This document shows positions 63,407 through 64,000 of a DNA stretch of 64,000 bases, one piece after another. The stretch comes from Podarcis melisellensis. Lineage: Eukaryota. Positions within the stretch are counted from its first letter, which is position 1; each line of letters opens with the position of its first letter. The notes beneath the pieces are model-generated. The model saw only the letters and a program-made list of their open reading frames with translations. It was not told the origin of the DNA and ran no database searches. A program made the translations under genes and the position numbers. Location of the stretch: NCBI GenBank assembly GCA_964234715.1, contig OZ174289.1. The stretch is one strand, 5' to 3'.

Positions 63407-64000
63407 ACAGTTATTACCATCAGAAAGTTCTTCCTGGTGTTTAGTTGGAATCTGCTTTCTTATATCTTGAATCCATTGGTTTGGGTCTTACCCTTTGGGG
63501 CAGGAAAAAACAAACTTGCTCCATCTTCCATGTGACAACCCTTTAGATACTTGAAGATGGCTATCCTATATCCTCTCAGTCTCATCTTTTCCAGGCTAAG
63601 CACATCCAACTCCCTCAACTGTTCCTCATAAGGCTTGGTTTCCAGGCCTCTGATAATCTTGGTTGCCTTCCTCTGCACACGTTCCAGCTTGTCAATATCC
63701 TTCTTAAGTTGTGGCACCCATAACTGGGCACAGTACTCCAGGTGTGGTCTGACCAAGGCAGAATAGTGTTGCTATTATTTCCCTTGATCTGGACACTATA
63801 CTTCTGTTGTTGCAGCCTAGAACAGCATTAGCTTTTCTTTTCTTTTTGCTGCTGCATCACACTACTAAGACCCCTAGAACCTTTTCACGAGTACTACTTG
63901 CAAGCCATGTGTCCCCCCCCATCTTAGTTTTGTGCAGCTGGTTACTCCTGCTTACGTGTAGAACCTTACGTTTGTCCCTATTTGAATTCATATTGTTAGT
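63407..64000 (-). mobile_element. CR1 LINE ORF2 (reverse transcriptase C-terminal region) fragment
   Basis: VRPHLEYCAQLW.PQLKKDIDKLERVQRKATKIIRGLETKPYEEQLREL...RLRG..IAIFKYLKG is typical CR1 ORF2; degenerate and runs off the window. Confidence 0.92.

Noticed and set aside
63460-63756. Host reverse-transcriptase gene
   Set aside because: Degenerate CR1 ORF2 fragment with disruptions and no intact RT core in view.

Overview
Vertebrate genomic DNA. Sauria SINEs and other squamate-type repeats point to a lizard, probably a lacertid. Two convergently transcribed, spliced genes can be reconstructed with consistent GT-AG sites and phases. (1) On +, the last four coding exons of an EVA1C-like SUEL-lectin/FAM176 single-pass membrane protein (488-631, 2190-2264, 5667-5756, 7068-7453; candidate poly(A) signal near 8900). 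(2) On -, seven coding exons of NHSL2 (42023 down to 24429, about 1086 aa, including a 2235-bp exon); its first exon is not visible and probably lies beyond 64000. The rest is intronic, UTR or intergenic DNA dense in Sauria SINEs, tRNA-headed SINEs, CR1 and L1 fragments, Tc1/mariner-type MITEs, other palindromic MITE-like repeats and microsatellites, with one 146-N gap. I see no prokaryote-type system (CRISPR, operon) and no convincing new protein-coding system. The most unusual structures are: a CpG-rich array of 99-bp double-palindrome units inside an intact TA-flanked DNA transposon (39371-40225); a 65-bp-arm hairpin built from L1 sequence (3568-3712); SINEs with different tRNA heads on one shared tail, including an Ile head reading GAT at the anticodon; and a pair of RFX X-boxes in the NHSL2 intron.
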